Of a DNA stretch of 64,000 nt, positions 1 through 15,132 are shown one piece after another (the stretch's first letter is position 1; each line of letters opens with the position of its first letter). The stretch comes from the human T2T-CHM13v2.0 reference genome, Homo sapiens: assembly GCF_009914755.1 (NCBI RefSeq), contig NC_060931.1; one strand, 5' to 3'. The position numbers and the translations under genes are program-made. The notes under the pieces were generated by a model. It was not told where the DNA came from and did no database searches. It saw nothing but the letters and a program-made list of their open reading frames with translations.

Positions 1-350
1 AAATGTCAGAATATTAATTTTTAAAAAAATATCTGAAAATCTTCCCACCAGAGAAGCTTCCCTGGTCCTGTACAAGAAACAAAATACCACACTAGCCTCA
101 AGGTTTCTCATGAAGTTAGAAGACACTGAAGAAGGGACTCAACATTTCTGACAGAAAACCATTTTCACTTATCATTCTATACCTAGCCAAACTGTCAATC
201 AAGTGGGAAACTAGAATAAATACATGTTTAAATCTACACAGGCTTGGAAATTCATAGCCCACACCAGTTACCATAGGAGATGACTTGATGTGACCCAGAA
301 CAAAAAGTAAAGGAAATCAAAGAAAGAGGAGGCTGCCCTGAAGCCTCAAG
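1..350 (+). mobile_element. Old L1/HAL1 ORF1-region fragment
   Basis: 'tatacctagccaaactgtcaatcaagtg...aataaatacatgttt' resembles the end of L1/HAL1 ORF1; A-rich plus strand; boundaries approximate. Confidence 0.45.
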
Positions 351-1034
351 TACTCAATGGTGCAGTAAGAAACAAAATACAAGAGTTGGGATTTGTAATT
401 ATAGAGTAGCAAGATATTTGGATCCTAGAACTCAACATCAAGGCCAGATGGCATGGCTTGGAACACCCTGGTTCCCTCCTTTGAAAGGGGAAAAAGGCAG
501 AAAGCCTGCCGTTCTAGGGTTCCCTGACCAGTCAGGTCACTTACCCTCCTGGCTGCTGGGACCCCTAGATTTTTACGAGAAACAAGGGAAGCTGTGAGGT
601 GGGAGATGGAGGAGGTGAAGCTCACTGATACCATTATATATCATTAATCTCATGGGCAGCCTTTGAAATAACACTAAACTGAAGTCAATGTAATCGTGCC
701 CAATTCTAGGTTGTCCTCTTTCCTTGCCTTGCCTGGACTGGCCTTTGTGGTCTGTCCTAGCTCACATGGGATTCAGACAACAGTAGATCCAACCCAGAGG
801 CGTAATGAAGGAGGATCCTAATGAGGTAACTGTGTGGCAGGCCTAAGAACAAGCAGTCCAATTTGCTTCAGGAGGATAAAGAACTCCAGGAGGGAGGGAA
901 TTCGGGGGCAATTAGTATCCAAGGGATTTAATAGTATTCCTGAGAATGTCGAATTATTTAAGAAGATGACAAAGAAGACGTCCTGAAAAACAAGGAGGAG
1001 TCAGAGGAAGAAAAGTGAAAAAAAAAATGCATTC

Positions 1035-1290
1035 ATAATAGGTAACATTTATGTAGCACAAACTACAGACAAGGAGCCACTCTAAGCACTTGATGTTTAT
1101 TAGCTCCCTAATCCTCATAACAATTCAGAGACAGGCACTATTATTATACCCATTTTATAGATAACGGAACTGGGGCACAGAGAGGATTAGGAAGAACTTG
1201 CCAAAGGCCTAAACTTAGTGAGTGGCAGAGCCAGGATCAAATCCTGGCAGTCTGGCTCCAGCACCTGAGTGCCACGAACCACTACCTGAG
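1035..1290 (-). mobile_element. MIR SINE
   Basis: Reverse MIR core 'cccattttatagat...actggggcacagagagg...gccaggatcaaatcctggcagtctggctcca'. Confidence 0.85.
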
Positions 1291-1349
1291 ACCGGAAGCA
1301 CAATACCCTACCTCGCTGTGCTGGGGACAATATTTGAACACAACAATAA

Positions 1350-1655
1350 GTCCAGGCGTGGTGGCTCACGCCTGTAATCCCAACGCTTTGGGAGGCCGAG
1401 GTGGATGGATGACTTGAGGCCAGGAGTTCCAGACCAGGCTGGCCAGTATGGTGAAACCCCGTCTCTACTATAAATACAAAAATTAGCCAGGAAAGGTGGT
1501 GCATGCCTGTAGTCCCAGCTACTTGGGAGGCTGAGGCAGGAGAATCACTTGTACCAGGAGGCAGAGGCTGCAGTGAGCTGAGATCACACCACTGCACTAC
1601 AGCCTGGGCAATAGAGTGAGACTCTGTCTTGGAAAAAAAAAAAACAAAAACAAAA
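1350..1655 (+). mobile_element. Alu (S/J type), full length
   Basis: Dimeric Alu, A-rich linker and tail, TSD aacacaacaat at 1337 and 1654. Confidence 0.97.
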
Positions 1656-1864
1656 CACAACAATGAAAGCACTGTTTATTGATTTTCATCTTTTAGAATA
1701 AACATAACCCCCAAATCATTGTGTTTTCAAAACACAATGTTCTGGCAATGTAAAATTAAAGGACAAGTGGCAAAGTTGGGAACAGGAAAAATAGAAAAAG
1801 TGAGGAAAAAGGTAAGGGTGCTGGCATCTTAATCGTACAAAATAAGGAATTGAGAGATACTGTC

Positions 1865-2070
1865 TCTAATTTGTTTGCACACTTATTTCCCGTCTCCCTA
1901 CAACCCTGATGTCAGCCCCACAGGAGCAGAGACCTTGTTCATCTTGTTTGCTGTTATATTTCCAGCCCCCTACAGGAATACAAGGCATGTACCTGAAGGC
2001 ACTCAATAGATATTTGTGGAACGATGAATGAATGAATGAATGAATGAATGAATGAATGAATGAATGGAAT
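1865..2070 (+). mobile_element. L2 3' end with (TGAA)n tail
   Basis: 'gcactcaatagatatttgtgga' followed by (TGAA)n at ~2025-2065, the typical L2a terminus. Confidence 0.85.
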
Positions 2071-2258
2071 AATAAGATTCTGAGAATAGCATTTAAATTT
2101 ATAAAAGTAACAAAGAGGAAATAAAAATACTGAAAGAATTTTATTAAGAAGGAGCTATGGGAGGTGTGAACAATGGAAGTCATCTAAATCGTCACCTATC
2201 ATAGCAGAAAGTCAAACAGAATCTATATTTGATAAATTAGGAAATGGATATAGGCATA

Positions 2259-2624
2259 TCATCGTCCCTCAGGATCCTTCAGGGACTGGTTCCAGGACCA
2301 CTGTGGCTACCAAAATCCTCGGATGCTCAAGCCCCTTATGTAAAATGTATGTAAAGTATAAAAAATGTATATAAAATATTGTATAAAGTGTACTTCCATA
2401 TAACCTACACACATCTTCCTGTATACTTTAAATCATCTTTAGATTGCTTATAATAACCAATATAATATAAATGCTCTGTAAATAGTTGTGATTCTGTATT
2501 TTTATCTGTATTATTTTTATTGCTATATTGGTTTTTTAAAAAAATTGGATTCTTTTCTGAATACTTTTGATCCACAGTTAGTTGAATCTATAGATGCGAA
2601 ACTGCAGATAAGCAGGGGAACTAT
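2259..2624 (+). mobile_element. MER2 (TcMar-Tigger MITE)
   Basis: 'ggttccaggacc...accaaaatcc..ggatgctcaag' and 'catataacctacacacatc...tatactttaaatcatc' match MER2. Confidence 0.88.
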
Positions 2625-4304
2625 ATTCTTCAGGAAAAAACACAGATAAATAAAAAAGAATTAAAAAGAAGAACATTAAAATTCTTAATAGTGACAGTGT
2701 TTGGATGTGGGATATGGATGGAGACAGGTGGGGCAGGAACTGCTTGCTTTTATTATAAGCTCATCGAGATTCTTTTTTCTCTATGTGCATGTATTACTCT
2801 GATTTAAAATACAACTTAAAAACAAATATAACCACAACATTCAGGACTTCTCCAGCACTTTTCCACGTTAACTTGACTTTAATCAATCAATTCTGTAAAA
2901 CCTGCCAGGTAATTTAAAATAGATGCAGCCTTCTTTCTGTCCAAAATCAATCCTATAACCCCCTAGTCAGAAATATCTCCATCAGTTAACTGCTCTGTCT
3001 CATCTTCAACCAATTATTTTCTAGTGACTCTCCTCAGCTTATAAAACATGCTCAAAACTCTACTACAAACAAAATGGGAAACCCTTCTGCCTGCACCCCT
3101 TTCCATCTACCTCCTGCCCATGGCTCTCTTTCCCTTCAGAGCTGAGCTTGAAAACTAGTTGCCCTCCTTGTCTCGATGTCCTCACCTCCCACGATGCTCT
3201 CATCAACACTTTGCTTTCTACGTCGGGCCCATTTTCCCCTGATTTGCTCCCACAAAAATGGCTGGACCTTTATTGCCAAATCCAGAGGGCAGTTCTGAGT
3301 CCCCCTCCTGGTTTTTTTTAACCTCTCTGGAACATGTGCTACTGTGAGCCCTCAGGCTGCTCAGTGGGACCCTTTTCCTCCAGTCACTGCAGTTCTGCAG
3401 GTCACATGTTCTTTATGTTCTTCCTCTGAGCAGTGTCATCTTCTCTTATGGGGTCCATGGTCCTGCCTATCTAGTGGTGGCAGCCAACTCTGTCTAGCTC
3501 CCTGGCCTGTTCCCATAAACAGGTTAACATAGTTTTTTATTTACTCACACATCTAAATTTCTTTCTCACATTTTAGTTTTAGAAGATAGGTTTTGAGGTG
3601 ATTGTGTCCTTAAAGCTCTCTTTCTTTGGAAGTACTCCCACTCCCAGCCTCCACCGGTAGGTTCCGTCTGGGAAGTCATGTTGGATCAGGTGACCCAGCC
3701 CTGTGGCCACAGCTGATAGGACCAAGGACAGACGTCAGACGGAATATGGGCTAATCAAATTCCTCGCCTGAGATTGGTGCCATAATAAGGCGAAGCCTGT
3801 GGCTGCGACAAGTTTAAATTATGAGTACATTGTGAAGTGACATCCAGAAGCTGTTTAAGAGTTAAGAGCTGCAATTCTAAAAACAAACTGCCAAGGTTCT
3901 CATGTCAACTTTACACACTGTGTGACCTTGGGAGAGTTACATCAACTCTCTCTTACTTTATTTGAGCTAACTTAGTTGTCTTTCTCTTCCAGGCTCTTAA
4001 CAAATACTTATTGATAATAAGGTTTATAGTTAGTATTTTAGGGGGTACAGTAAAGTTCTCCTTGGTGATTCAAAGACACTTTTTAACATAGAACCTGGGG
4101 GAAAAAAATCAACTTCCATAAATTATTCATTTATGGAAATCATAAGCCATGGATCTTCTAAGAAGTTAATGTGGGTTTTCATAGTCATTTTCTTCATCTA
4201 TTGAATGGGTATATTACCAACCCTGGCTGCTTTCAGACAACTCTGGAAATGGCAAAATGTTAAAAATAATAACAGCAACAACAATGATAACAAAAGCGAT
4301 CACA

Positions 4305-4545
4305 ACAAGCACTTCTTTTACGCATATTATGTGCCAGGTGCTGTCCTGGGTGCCTTACATATATTACTTTAAGTTATTCCCACCACAACTAGAAGGTAGG
4401 CACTATTATTATCCCCCTTTTACAGACGGTGAAACTGAAGCACAGGGAAGTAACTTTTCCTCAGCCACAAAGTTAGTAAGAGCTGGACCTGAGATAAGAA
4501 CACAGGCAGTTTGGTTCTGGAATCTTTGCCCTTAACTCTTAGATA
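4305..4545 (-). mobile_element. MIR SINE
   Basis: 'tattatgtgccagg...ttttacagacggtgaaactgaagcacagg'. Confidence 0.85.
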
Positions 4546-4950
4546 CCCCCAAGTCACTTGACAATTTGTGATGCATTCCCTCAAGGATTGCACCACATAG
4601 CCAAGGGGTGCTGTTTGGGAGATACAGGTCTTACTCTTAATCTGAAACAGTCTTTATGAAAAACAGAAAGTGATAAAAATTTGTTAAAAGCTTAAATGTG
4701 TTGATGACCATGAGGAAGATCTCACAAAAATGTCAATAAACCCATTCTTATATCAGCAGTATATATAATACGCTATGTTATGTACATGCTATATATCAAT
4801 CTCTACATCTGGGATAATATGTATCCATCCCTACATTGAAATAATACAGCATATCAATACATACTATATGTGTGTGTGTATCCACAAATACATACATACA
4901 TACACACACTGTTAATAATCAGTGGTATTTTTAATTCTAAGATCAGGTAA

Positions 4951-5390
4951 TGTATTAGAGCACTGGCTAAGCTGATATAACAAGGAAACCTCAAAATATA
5001 CTTATTTAGGAGAGAACTTCCCTCTCACATAAAGATCCAGATATATGTGGTGCAGATCTGGTAGAAATGCTCTGGTTGTCTGGGATCTGCTCTGCCTGCC
5101 ACCTTCCCAATATGTGGCTTCCATTGCTGGGTGGAAGTGGATGTTACTCCCACCTTCGCCCTCTCCCAGGTGGCAGGAATTAGGAAAGGAAATGGGAATG
5201 CATGGCCAGCTCTTTAAAGGCCAAGATTCACCCATTAGTGGTGTACTTCAATTCTGTTCATAGCCTATTGGTCCAAATAGTCACATGGCCACACCTAGTG
5301 GCAAAGGGGGCTGGGAAATGTAGTTTTTAGCTAGATGGATGGTCACATGCCAAACTAAAAAGATTTGAGCAAACACTCAGGAATCCACTA
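4951..5390 (-). mobile_element. Old MaLR LTR (MLT1J/K-like)
   Basis: 'tgtattag...' start; 'agtcacatggccacacctag...aagggggctgggaaatgtagt' motif. Confidence 0.65.
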
Positions 5391-5651
5391 CAGCACAATT
5401 ATTACAATTATTTTATTTTCTCATCTCCTAACGATAATAGCAAAACTCATTTCTCTTATTTAATTCCTTTAAGAATAAATTCAGATGAGGGAAGAAAACA
5501 TTGATTTTAAAGGAGTTCAGAGACATGAAAATGGGATAGTGAAATATAAGGCTTAGAGTTTTTATCTTTATTGGAGGACCTCTAAATGAAGATTATGTTT
5601 GGCCACATCTCTGCAATTCAGTGATTTGTGTCTCTCCCTGGCTGCTGTCCC

Positions 5652-5708
5652 TCTCTGCTTCTAGAATTCCTGGCCCTTCTCTGCTTCTAGAATTCCTGGC
5701 CCTTCTCT
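5652..5708. repeat. 26-bp tandem duplication
   Basis: ctgcttctagaattcctggcccttct x2 (5655, 5681). Confidence 0.95.
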
Positions 5709-6982
5709 TCTCCAGGGCTATCCAGCCACATCTGGTTGGAGAGAAAAGCAGCAGACACCCCCAAGAGAAAACTACAGAACTTTCCATAAGGTTTTGATTA
5801 GATTGGAAAGTATCCATTCCTTCTCTTCATTTCTTCACAGCAGATCTCTTTTTTCCCATTATGCTAATCAACTTAGTTTTATTTTCATCTTTAGAGCTGT
5901 CTATTTTTTCTCTGTCTCCACTTTCATGATTTCAATCACTCAGCCTTCTTTTTTTTTTTCATTTTCTCATTCCCTCATCCATTCTTTCTGCTCACTCATT
6001 CATTCATTATCCATTTTTCCACAGCTTTGGTTGCCATGATTAATTTTATTAATATTCATTTCCATTTTCTCATTTCCTTGCCCATAAAATGAACATCTCT
6101 AATTTACTGTGTAATCTTTTCTCTCATTCACTACTTTATTCCTGATCTCATTTGTTAGATTTCCTCATGCCTGGTCCATTCTTCAACTTATTTTACCCAT
6201 TACCTCATTCATTCTATGTCACCTTTCTTCTACTTTCTTATCCCTGCAATTGATCCTCATGTGCTTTTTGCTATTTTCTCATTTTATGCATTCTTTCCCC
6301 ATAATCCTGAGGTTACATTTCTTTTACATCTATATTTGGCATTCTATTATCTACTGTCTTAGCTTTTTTTCATTTACCCTATCTCAAGTATAACCATAAA
6401 GCATAAGTTACTCTTTTTTAAAAAACTGGGTCAAAATTTATTTATCTTTATCCAAAGTAGTAAGACAGACGGCTTAAAAGCTAAAGCTAAGCCCTCTTTC
6501 ACAAAGATTGCCCAAAATATTTGGAGACCTTCATAAGGAAACATTGTCAGAGATCTTTACAAGCCACCTTCACAACCAGTTTCAAACCTTTATGGTCCTA
6601 TCTCATTTTTGTTTCCAAATAATATTCATCAGCTTGATAATCCACCCATATACCAAAATGTATTTTTTAAATTACTATGGAATGTTTATAAAAATTTATG
6701 TCTATACTCAAACATTGACAATGGGCTACCAGAAAAGAATATAAAGATGATACATATGAAGGAAAGCCTGAAAGTGAACTACCAAGAAGTATTTGAGCAC
6801 TGGCGACATGATTGGAATAAAACTACAGCATCTTGAGATGACTGCTCTGAAGAAACCGGCACTCTTTGGTTGGCATATAAAACAACACAATAGATGCCTA
6901 ATACATGTTCCTTTCTTTTTTCTTTCTAGTGATTGTTACAAAAATCAATCAGTCTCACTGCTTTTACTCAAAACTTAAATTT

Positions 6983-7451
<469 letters not shown>

Positions 7452-9399
7452 TCAATTTCTTTTTTTTCTTTCTATTAATTCTACAGTTTCATGAGCCAGG
7501 TATTTAATATTTTTCTTGATCACTTCATTTTCATTTGTTAATCTCATGGTTTTTAAATCTGTACCTTCAGCCCAGATGTATCCCTTGAACTCCTGACCTA
7601 TACAAGTTGACCCTGATATTCTCACATCATGCTTCCCAAAGACTTTCACAAATTGCCAAGTGTGTAGAATGTTACTGCAGGGCCTTATTTTCCCTTCCCA
7701 CAGTAAGTATAGAGCTACAAAGCAAGTTGAAGTATAGGTTCCAGGAAGTAGACCACAAACTTGATCACTGGTAAAGTGGCCCATTCTTATATTAATATAT
7801 TGGCCTAATCACATAAGATAAACTCTTCCCATGTCAATTATGAAGAATGAAAATCCCTTGCAGCTTTTTCTCACAATGGGAACTAAATTCTGGGTTGTTA
7901 TCACACAGAAAAAAGAGAAGAGGTGTATTCTAGGGTCAAAGAAGCTTAGAGAATTAAATATTTTTCTGGAGGACTTTTTAGAGCTTTTAATATGCAAATA
8001 TACATTGCAACTATTCAAGAGGGCTATAATATTTATTCTTTCTATTATAACGAATATATATCACATAGACATGAATTCTCCATCTCATTTTCCATTTGCA
8101 ATGCCTTTTATAAATCTCCTCTTTTGTCCAATTATGTATCTCCTCATCTATTCTAAACCTGTGTTTCATTTTCTGCCTGTTTCTCACCCCTCACTTTATT
8201 TTACTGCTATTATATCACTCTTATTTGTTACCTCGTCTTCATTTTCTGTCTATGTGTGGCTTTGTTTCTCAGTTTCCTGATTTCTTTCTTTCTATTTTGA
8301 ATCAATTCTCCCTGCTATTGTCTGGGCTCTGCATGTCCCTCTGCTCCCATGCAGAATTTGAGAACAGAGAGGCAGCCTCTGGGGTGACCCACCCTGTCAG
8401 GGCACCCTGTCTCAGTCAGATCTCATTTTCTCTCTCCTCCCAGATCTGCACCTGCAGCAGTCCAGGAAAACATAAAGCCAGTTATGAGCCAGAGGCCCAA
8501 GGACAGCTGTTGATCCTGAAAATGGTTTTAATTTGTCTCTGTCTCATTAGCTTAATGCTGATGCTGGTGGCCCCCAGGCTGCTGACCAAGCTCAGTGACT
8601 TTCTTTTCAACTTGGCCTGCAGCTTATTATCAGGGCCATAGATGAAGCTGACAGCTCAGGCAACCTTCCCTTTGTGACCCTGGCCCTGTGTGTCTACTCC
8701 CCAAGGACTTTCATTCATTTCTGGGCCCACAGTAATTAAAAGCTGGAGGGGAGACCGTCCTCATTGGCATGACAGGCAAAATCACATAAATAAATGCTTA
8801 CAGTGCAGAAACCACCTTGTAAATGTAGGGCTCGCTTTGATGACCACCTGGGAGAATTATCCACCTGACACATGCTGCAGTGAATAGGAGTCCAGAGGCT
8901 GAATCGTCATAAATTGCTTTCAAAATCGACCCCAGAAGACCATCCATAACTAAGAAAGACACAAAGCTTGAAGAAATGTTTTTCTTTTCAGTAAATGATT
9001 TAAGTTGCCACATTTGAAAAACAGAGGGTTAGGTTTGAAATTGATCCAGTTAAGAATCTATTCAGGCAGAGTGCAGCAGGTAAATCTCTAAGACAAATAA
9101 CAGTGCTGTCTCCTGGCCTGAATATCAATTTCTTGATAATTTTACCATGCAACATGAACTTCACCTCATTTGTATTTATTACGATTGATGCCCTCTGTGT
9201 CTTGAGACGGTGAGTGGCAGTGACCTAGGAGAACTTGCTGAGTTGGGAGATACATGAGTTGTTTTGCCTAGACCCCATATGCATGCTATTCTACACTCAA
9301 TGTCTGATCAGTTCTGAGCTGATATGTTCGTCTGGGTTTCATGAAGGGATCCAGTTCCTGGGCAGAGGTTGATGAGGGTAACAAACCCATTCCAGCCCA

Positions 9400-10271
<872 letters not shown>

Positions 10272-10909
10272 ACCTAATTAAGATGAAACAAGCCTAGAAC
10301 TTCACCTTCCCCTCCCTGTTCCAGAGCCTCTAGTGGTCACTTTCCTTTACCAGGATCCCTTCTCCTGCCCCTGCTGCCCCCAGGCTGCCCACCCTGGAAA
10401 GCATCTCATCCATTCATTCACTCAAACAGTATTCGGTAGGTGCAGGCTGGGTCAAGAACTAGGCTACGAGGCCTAGAGATGTATAAGTAAGGGCTTCCAC
10501 CTTACAGGAACTCATGGGTCAGAAGAGAAGGACCTGAGAAACATGTGGTGATCATGGAAGAGGAGGGAGCCATAGTGTTTGGGAGCCCGGAGGACAGTGT
10601 TACCAGGGCAAGGGAAGACACGGGTGGGAGGTCCAAGGAAGCTCTTGGAGTCTTCCCCTTCTACAGCAATCTGTCTGCCTTAAGTTGCCCTGCCCCCAGA
10701 CAAGCTGTCAACATCCTGAAAGCAGAGCTAGGTGTACCCTGCCCATGGGGCATCCCCAGGGCCTGGCAGGGGCCTGGCAGGTACCTGGCATAATACCACA
10801 CTTGCAGTGGGTTTTCAGGCTTATTGATGAATTAATCTATGTAGGACTTATGTGGTCCTTCAAAGACAAAACACACTGAATTCAGGAGATGGAAAAAGGG
10901 AATGGGCTA

Positions 10910-11300
10910 TTATTATTTTGCCTTATTTAAATCATTTATGTATTTGAGTAGCTAATATAGTCACAGAGTTCAAAAATCAAAACAATATAACAAGAAATAC
11001 ATTAACAGGTCTTACCTCTACCCTGATTCCCACCTATTCCTTTTCCCACCCCATCATACTCACCTCAGCCTCCTATGAGTTATAATTTTAGTTTTTGGTA
11101 TATTACTCCAGTGTACCCTTATGCAAATAAAATCACACACATAGTTTTTCTTATTTTTACTCCTTTCCACACAAATGGTGGTAACTGAATAAATTTGCTT
11201 TTTTCTTTTACTCAACAATATATCCAGGAGCTCTTTCCCTAATAGTACATTGAGAATGACTCATTCTTTTTTACAGTTGCATAGTACTCCATGGTACCTT
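10910..11300 (-). mobile_element. Old L1M 3' fragment
   Basis: T-rich, 'ctcattcttttttacagttgcatagtactccat' motif of L1MC/ME 3' ends. Confidence 0.6.
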
Positions 11301-11760
11301 ATCTGAAACTCATTTTAAGCACCTGTATTTGACTAGCCCTTTTCTCCTCCCCCATCACACCAAAACTTGCCCTCAAGACACTAATCTTCTTTAAGTGTCT
11401 AATTTAATAAAACAATCATGACAGTGCATTCAAAAAATGGCAGGGTGTGTTTATATGTATACTTTGTAAAACAGGCCATGAGGGCAAATGTCTCATTTCA
11501 GAGGAGTCAACTCCAAAGGAAGCAAGTGGAGAAGCATCTTGGTGCAGGGACTGTGTCTCCAGGCTATTCATATTCTTAAAAGGATCCCCCCATGCTTAAG
11601 ACACTGAGGGGCTGAGCTCATTCTGGTTGAGGAAAATCGATCCTGTGGTGATTGTTGCAGGTTCTGCAGGCTGCTGATAAAGGAACTATTCGAAGTAGGT
11701 GCCCTGCACACTTTCTCAGCAATCTGGCACTCTGTCAACAGATGCAATCCTGGCTGGTGG

Positions 11761-12420
11761 TGACCCAGGATTTTTCTTGGCCACTTTGCTAACCTGGGAC
11801 CTCCATGGCTGTGGGAGGTGCCCTGCCCACTCGGCCTGCTGGGCCATGCCTGGCTTGTGCATCAGCTCAGCCCACAGCTGGGCCAGGCGTGCCTCAGCTC
11901 ACCTGTGTTATAGCTTGTACCTATGTTTGGCGGTTCCCAAATTCTTGTCCCGCAACCAAGAAGAATGAGGTTATGCTGATAATTGAAGGGTGAGGAGGGC
12001 AGAGAAGAATTTTATTCAGTGGCAGAACAGCTCTCAGCAGAGAGGGGATGCAAGGGTGGTCCCCCACCTGAAGCTGGGTGGTCTATCTGTGTGCCTGGGT
12101 CTGGGGCTTTTATGTGCTCAGAATGGGAAGTATGTGCTGATTGCTTTGCAAAACAAGGGTAAGACAAAGGCACCACTCTAAGGTGGGCACAACAGTGTAA
12201 AAAACCAATTAGAGAAAGGTACATATATGTAAAATAGATGAAGAGTTGGGATCAATCAGAGGAAAGCATGCCAAACAGGAAGACAGGTTTCTCAACCTTG
12301 TCTGTGGATTTAGACAGGACTTGTAGCTAGGCTTTACAAGCTGTCTTTGGTTTGAAGGTGGGGTTTCACCAGGGACCCGCCCCTGTCTGCCTAGGATCTG
12401 TCTGCCTCTTGCCACTATCA
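11761..12420 (-). mobile_element. ERV1 solo LTR (LTR27/LTR28-like)
   Basis: TGA...TCA termini; minus strand begins TGATAGTGGCAAGAGGCAGAC...GGGGCGGGTCCCTGGTGAAACCCCACCTTCAA; AATAAA on minus near 12011; 4-bp TSD gtgg/gtag. Confidence 0.85.
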
Positions 12421-13998
12421 GTAGGAGGGTAGGGGATGGGTGCTTTCTGGTCCAGTCTACCCTCACTGTTCCAGAATGTAATAAGATTGTACCAATACTC
12501 CCTTAACCTTGTTTTCTCCCTTAACTAAAAACTTTCTTAAAATTAAACCAGATGAGATTATAGGTAATAGCATATTCGATTTTGCCTAATTCCTTCCAGC
12601 CAAACTGCAAGTGTGCAGCATATAAGATCTGAAACCTGAGCTGAGAATAAAGCCAACATTTTTATGTTAGTAATTATTGCTGACTTGTTTTTTAGCTTTT
12701 AGTATTCTAGGCAGCTCTGCTGCTTTGTGTGGCTGCTATTTTTAGTCATCTTTTATCTACGATTTCTCCCATCTTAACACGTCGGTTTTTCATTTCCACA
12801 GTTGAGGAGCTCAGGTATGTCATTCTTCCTGCAGAAGGACATGGGCTGTATTTGTATGTGTGAAAAGACCAGCGATGCCACCCGCCCTCTTGTTTTGGTT
12901 GCCTTAATGATGATTGTGGATTGTTATAGAACTGATGGGTCTGCAGACTCTGGATCAATAAGAGAGATGGTCAAAATGACCAAACTGGCCAGGTTGTCTT
13001 GCTGCTCATTCACCCTATTCCAAAATGGCCAAAAACTCGATGATGGCTGGGGCAAAAGGACACTTTGAAGGTTGTAAACTGTAAAAATTCCCTGCCCCAA
13101 ATCAGCATGGGTCTTGGGCCATTCATTCTCACTGGAGGATTGAAGTACTTGAGAAAAACAATTGTGATTTCAAATGCTGAGGCTAGAAACCCTCCTAAAG
13201 AGGGCCTTTGTTGTTGTTGATCACCCAATTAGACATGAAAAACCAGGCTGCAGGGCAGAACACTTCAAAGAAGAAAGCAGAACAAAGAAAAGGCTACATT
13301 GCTCTGCACAGAGAAAAGAAAAAGAAGATTCGGCCACCCAGAGGAGTCTGAGCTTCCTGGCAGGAGGCTGGAGGAAGGAGAGAAAGCAATGGCTGGCCAG
13401 GTGTTCCTGGGGGCAGGAATATTTGGGAAATATCTAATGTTCAATTGTAGGTTGTTTTCTGGGCTGCAACTCTTTTCTGTTGCCCCTCGCAAATCTTCAA
13501 TAAAATCTGCTATGAACATTGCCTGTGTCAATGATATTATGGGGAGAGGTGGGAAATGGAGTGGCCTGTGACACAAGGTGATGGGGTAGGAAGTAGAAGC
13601 CTCCTCCCACAGCCGTGGAAAAACAGACCTTAGGCTGAGGGTGCAGTGGAAGGAGAAGGTCTGAGCCATTGTGCAACTGATATACATAAGCCCTTTGAGG
13701 ATTCCCAGAGGTGTCTGCCAGGACCCTGGATTTCTCCCTTTATATGGGCTGGTGGCTCAAGCCATTGTAGTTCAGTATTATAGAAAAAGGTAGCACCATA
13801 AATATGAAAGAATGCCAAACCCCAGGTTGCCAACTTCTCACTCAGTAATAAGTATAATTGAGGTTAATTTATACAAATTTTTAAAGAAAAGAATAGCAAG
13901 ATGTTCTAAGTCCAAGTAATAACATTTTTTCCTTAGTATAGGTCAACAGGAAAAATGTAGCAGAATCAGGGTGCCACAATCTTGGGAGGGCAAGGAAT

Positions 13999-14031
13999 AC
14001 ACACTCACACACACACACACACACACACACA
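13999..14031. repeat. (CA)n microsatellite
   Basis: Direct read. Confidence 0.95.
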
Positions 14032-15091
14032 TGTATATTTTTATATATGTATGTACATAAATACAGCTAAACTTAATTTGTTTCCATTGAGAGTTCCCAT
14101 TCATCTTAGTCAATCAGTGTATACAAGGTTGCATCTGAGCTGGGAGACAGAGGGTGAGAAGGGAAAGGACAGATATGCCAACCAGGTCGCACTGTGGCCA
14201 CTCTACATTCTGACCTGGGAGAGACGCTGGGTTTCCCTCGAATCTTTGATCATTCATTGGTCCATGTGATTGGCAGCTTCCTTCATGCTCAGGCACAAGG
14301 CCCTTGCAGGTGCAGCTTTTCCTGAGCTCCTCTGTGTCCTCACAGGCTCTCAAGAACCTTTGCTGTTTGGGGGCCACATTCCCAGGGAGGGTGGGGAACA
14401 CCATGGATCTGCCTAAGACCATTCATCACCTCTGGACCCCTCTTTGGTGTATGCAAAACATTCCATTATTTCCTTGTCACGTGGAGGCACAGGGGCTCAG
14501 ATCCAACTCTTTAGGTAGTTGCACGTGGGAATGAGGCTGCAGATCTGCCCTGCCAGCAGCTCCTTCAGACCATCTGGTGGTTTTGGTTTATTTCCCCCAC
14601 CCCAGTGGGGATAGAAGCAGGCCCTGAGTTTCCTATCTCAGATACCCCCTACTTATAAGCATTCCTCTCTTCCCCTTCAATGGTGCAACTCTGTGCACTG
14701 GGGGCTCTTCAGGCTTCCTTGCAGGAAGCCACATTCTCATGTTGTCAGATATTCTCCCAGATCTGCAGAAATAAAACGTCTGAAACTCAAAAAAGCTGCT
14801 GTTACCCTGCAAGGCACCTCTTCCCTAAGACAAAGGTCAAAGAGACTGTCACTGTTTCGCCATCAGTGCCTATCATTGGGAGTTAACTGCCAGTCATCAG
14901 GTGGAGGATTTCTCAGATCACCTCCATTCAAGGACAAAAAGCTCAGTGCTCCAGGACGCCATGAACCCAAGGGTTTATTAAATGGTGGAATGAAGAGAAA
15001 GCACTTGCAATTCTCTGCTACTGAGAATGAGGAGGATTTCTTTTTTATTCTTGAACTAGAAAGAATCTAGCTCCTTCTAAACTGTTTCCTT

Positions 15092-15093
<2 letters not shown>

Positions 15094-15132
<39 letters not shown>

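Noticed and set aside
1187-1672. 161-aa ORF and similar ORFs (7098, 16154, 17008, 34322 etc.)
   Set aside because: Alu read-throughs with typical Alu-derived peptides (e.g. [18 protein letters not shown]).
12480-13690. Possible processed pseudogene in an ORF-dense unique region
   Set aside because: No frame resembled a protein I recognise; no poly(A) tail with TSD.
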